Shown: positions 60,923 to 64,000 of the stretch, in pieces
Numbering within the stretch: position 1 is the first letter of the stretch
Layout of the letters: each line of letters begins with the position of its first letter
Origin: Chrysomallon squamiferum
Lineage: Eukaryota > Animalia > Mollusca
NCBI GenBank assembly: GCA_012295275.1
Contig: CM022665.1
Span: 44,764,001-44,828,000 of the forward strand
Length of the DNA: 64,000 bases
Direction of reading: 5' to 3'
The notes under the pieces: model-generated
The model's input: the letters and a program-made list of their open reading frames with translations, nothing else
What the model was told of the DNA's origin: nothing
Database searches by the model: none
Position numbers and translations under genes: made by a program

Positions 60923-61904
60923 AGAGAAACACGGAAACGATCACTAATTTCTGCACTAATTTCACTTAATCAGAATCATTTTTTGTTTATATATATGTAT
61001 ATTTCTTCAGCGACTTACTGTAATTGCTGCAGAAGAGGCAGATCTCATTAGACAAAAAAAAAAAAGACAAAAAAAAAAAGAAGAAAATCCTGCTCGTGAA
61101 TACCTCGGCAGACGCATTTAAACCTGTTTTTTAACCAGTCGTCTGACATTACGTTGGTCACGTGATACACGGTTATTTCAGAGTTATCATTGCAGACGAT
61201 TTCGTAGCTTTTTGACATCCTTTTCATGCTCGGTTACAAGAATATTTAAAAACTTTCGTTTTTGCTATAACATTATGTGTTACTATTGGTAACTTACTAA
61301 AATAATCAGTGATAAAATCTTAATGAATGAAACAAATTAAAGATTTGCTGATTGTATTCTGTGTCCTTGTTATAGTATTCAGGACAATTTTTTTTTTTTT
61401 TTAATTTTTTTTTTAAAGTTGTTTGATAAAGACGTATTAGTATGATAATAAAAAAAAAATAATTCGGTTTATATTTTGCGAGTCTTGTTCATTGGTATTT
61501 CCTAGTTTATAAATCGTTTATAAATATAAAGTATAGTTAGTAGATTCTGTTATAAGCAGATATAAAAATAGCTTCAGGTAGAAAAAAGCGGCCTTTTAGA
61601 ATCGCAGAAGCAAAATAATTATGGGTTTAAGCAAACGTGATTTGTTTCAATCGTATAAGGTAAATAAAAATACATTTTTAAGAATATTAAATAAAAGAGA
61701 TATCAGCCAAATATATTAAATTACATAATTATGATATCCAATAATATCAACTTGACAACTATAAAACAGCAATAATAATAATAATAATAATAAAATAATA
61801 AAATAATAATAATAATAATAATAATTTTAATAATAAAAATAATAATAATAATCTGTAAACTGAAAATTTGCTTCAGTAACTTTATCTCGATATTAAATAC
61901 GTTG

Positions 61905-61937
<33 letters not shown>

Positions 61938-62222
61938 CAATCAAATTATCTAAAAATGATGTGATTTTCATCGTTCGTGAAATATTTAAAAAAAAAAAGA
62001 TCTTGTAAGATTTAACTTGGGTTGTTTTGGAAGATGACGTTTTAACAAAATTAACTCCAGGAAATCGTATTAAGGAAAATCGACTTGTTTTTTTTCCTCC
62101 ATTTCTAACTTGATTTAACAAGTTAATATCTTTAAATGATCTTCAGTTTTTGTCAGATGATCTTTGGCAAACAAAGGCAATGTTCAAACGTGTCGGAAAA
62201 GAAAACAGGGTTTTAAAAAAAA

Positions 62223-62253
<31 letters not shown>

Positions 62254-62825
62254 TTGGCTGACAATGACACTTTTCAGATCTGTTGTACAAAAATAAAAAA
62301 AAAAAAAACTGTAAAGGAATATAAAAAAAAAATAACAATTTTATATTTTGAAACATAAAATACTGTAATATTTGTTAAATATTGTGTACTAATGGCGCGT
62401 TCACACCTTCATATTTTTAATTAACTCGATTTAATTAGCGAGTGAAATATTTTTGAGATCTACTCTCTGTCGTCTTATAATCAGAATTTCTGAAACGGGT
62501 GACTAGTTTAGACTAGGGTGAATGGGAACTAGAGCGAGAGTATGACGAAAATTACTGAAAAACGTAAGCAAATTTTGACACCGGGTGAATGAAAGATTAG
62601 TTCACGAAGCAGGGCCTTAAATTGTTTTTAGTGCTTTTTACATTTGGTTTCGAAATTTATACTTAATTAAAGTGTATATTTGATGATATGATAAAAAAAA
62701 ATAACCTGAATACATTTCGATGTTTTTTTAAAGTCATTATCATATTTTGCACAAGACGCAAGCTTTTCTTAATAATAAAGTATTACAATTAAAAAAAACA
62801 AAATCGTAAAAGCGAACGGAGGCGG

Positions 62826-63047
62826 AGATTTCGTGACGTCATTTCGTATTTAGAAATATATTTCACAAAGCTATAAAACAATACTTTAGTATTTGGCACA
62901 TTTATTGATTTTACCATCTACGAAATGACGTCACAAAGATTTCGTGACGTCATTTCGCATTTAGAAATATATTTCACAAAGCTGTAAAACAATACTTTAG
63001 TATTTGGCACACTAACTGATTTTACCATCTACGAAATGACGTCACAA
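62826..63047. repeat. Tandem pair of 111-bp units, each bounded by 16-bp inverted arms containing a CRE
   Basis: gtgacgtcatttcgta (62833) ... tacgaaatgacgtcac (62934); second copy at 62944-63045. Confidence 0.9.
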
Positions 63048-63241
63048 TTTTTTTTAAAAATGTCGTCACTTACGTTCGTCATATTTTATTTCATTACCGT
63101 ACTTTATTATTAGCAAAGCTTAAACGCCATTAGGGTTATTTACGCTTTTTAAAAAACAATCGAGTGTGAACGAACACAAAAGAGACACACGTAACGTAAC
63201 GTAACGTAACGTAACGTAACGTGAATTATTTTCGTTTTTAC

Positions 63242-64000
63242 GTTTGCTCGAAGCTGTCCGACGTCATCGTCCTCGACCCGATGTGGCAGCGGACCTCCTT
63301 CGACGTCGTGAACGCCCCACGCGTGTTCTTCTCCGGCGCCCAGATGATGATGTACACCTTGGGCAGGAACAGCAGCACCAGCGACACGGACGCGCTGAGC
63401 GAGATGGAGATGGACATCGTCAGCACTTTGCTCTCGCCGCCGAAGTAGATCGGGAAGAAGCCGAGCCAGATGATGCACGTCGTGTACATCGTGAAGCCGA
63501 TGAACTTCGCCTCGTTGAAGTTCTCCGGCAGGTTGCGCGTCTTCACGGCGTACAGCGTGCACATGAAGATGAGGAAGAGGTCGAAGCCCAGGGGAACGAT
63601 GACGCCCAGGGTCGTGGTGTTGCACACGAGCCGCACCCGCTTCGTCGTAGGGTAGTCGAACTTCCAGTCGGCGGGCTCGATAATCAACATGGCGGTGATG
63701 ACTGCGCACTCCACGCCGATGATGATCCCCGTTATGACGACCTGGGCAGAGGCGCTCATGAACCGCGGCTTCTTCGTCATTATCCGCTTGCTGCCTTCGA
63801 GAATGCGAGCGATCCGATTGGTTCGCGTCACCAGCGCTCCGTACATGAGCGAAAACGAGAGTCCGGGCAGGATCCTGGACAGGTAGCACGTCACAATGGA
63901 AGGCCTGGCGACCATGACGAAGTTGCAGCTGTACGCGGTGCTGATCCCGAACAGAATGATGTAGCTGAGCTCCCTGGTGGAGGCTTTCACCACCGGCGTG
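63242..64000 (-). CDS. GRM1/5: Metabotropic glutamate receptor (class C GPCR, group I-like), 7TM exon, truncated by window edge
   Basis: TPVVKASTRELSY, TRTNRIARIL, KKPRFMSASAQ, CNTTTLG, KTRNLPENFNEAKFIGFTMYTTCIIWL, PKVYII, PEKNTRGAFTTSKEVRCHIG. The KKPRFMSA and AFTTS motifs are typical of mGluR1/5. AC|GTAAAA phase-2 donor. Confidence 0.96.

Overview
AT-rich, microsatellite-dense animal genomic DNA (invertebrate, mollusc-like by inference only) with three protein-coding loci reconstructed by hand from splice signals and reading-frame phase. (1) A + strand FLVCR-family (SLC49, MFS choline/ethanolamine/'heme' transporter) gene with 10 core exons at 15218-32486. It appears to be fed by up to three alternative 5' exon sets (1464-1514 plus 2896-3202; 5365-5452; a 4-nt coding ATGG exon at 7103-7106), all ending in phase-1 donors that fit the one acceptor at 15218. 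(2) A + strand coiled-coil gene with a single coding exon (44501-45266, one frameshift, weak CCDC190-like resemblance). (3) The 3' end of a - strand group I-like metabotropic glutamate receptor (7TM exon 63242->64000, tail exon 56660-57806 ending in a PDZ ligand). The most unusual structure is in FLVCR, where four splice junctions (two donors, two acceptors) have each been amplified into its own tandem array of copied splice sites. One array encodes a potential in-frame 9-nt microexon; another sits where an exon has lost about 12 conserved codons. Also present are several MITE-like inverted-repeat elements, tRNA-SINE remnants and a recurrent TGACGTCA (CRE)/YY1 motif family. The three frame disruptions may be assembly errors. 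No database search was possible; homology statements rest on remembered family motifs.
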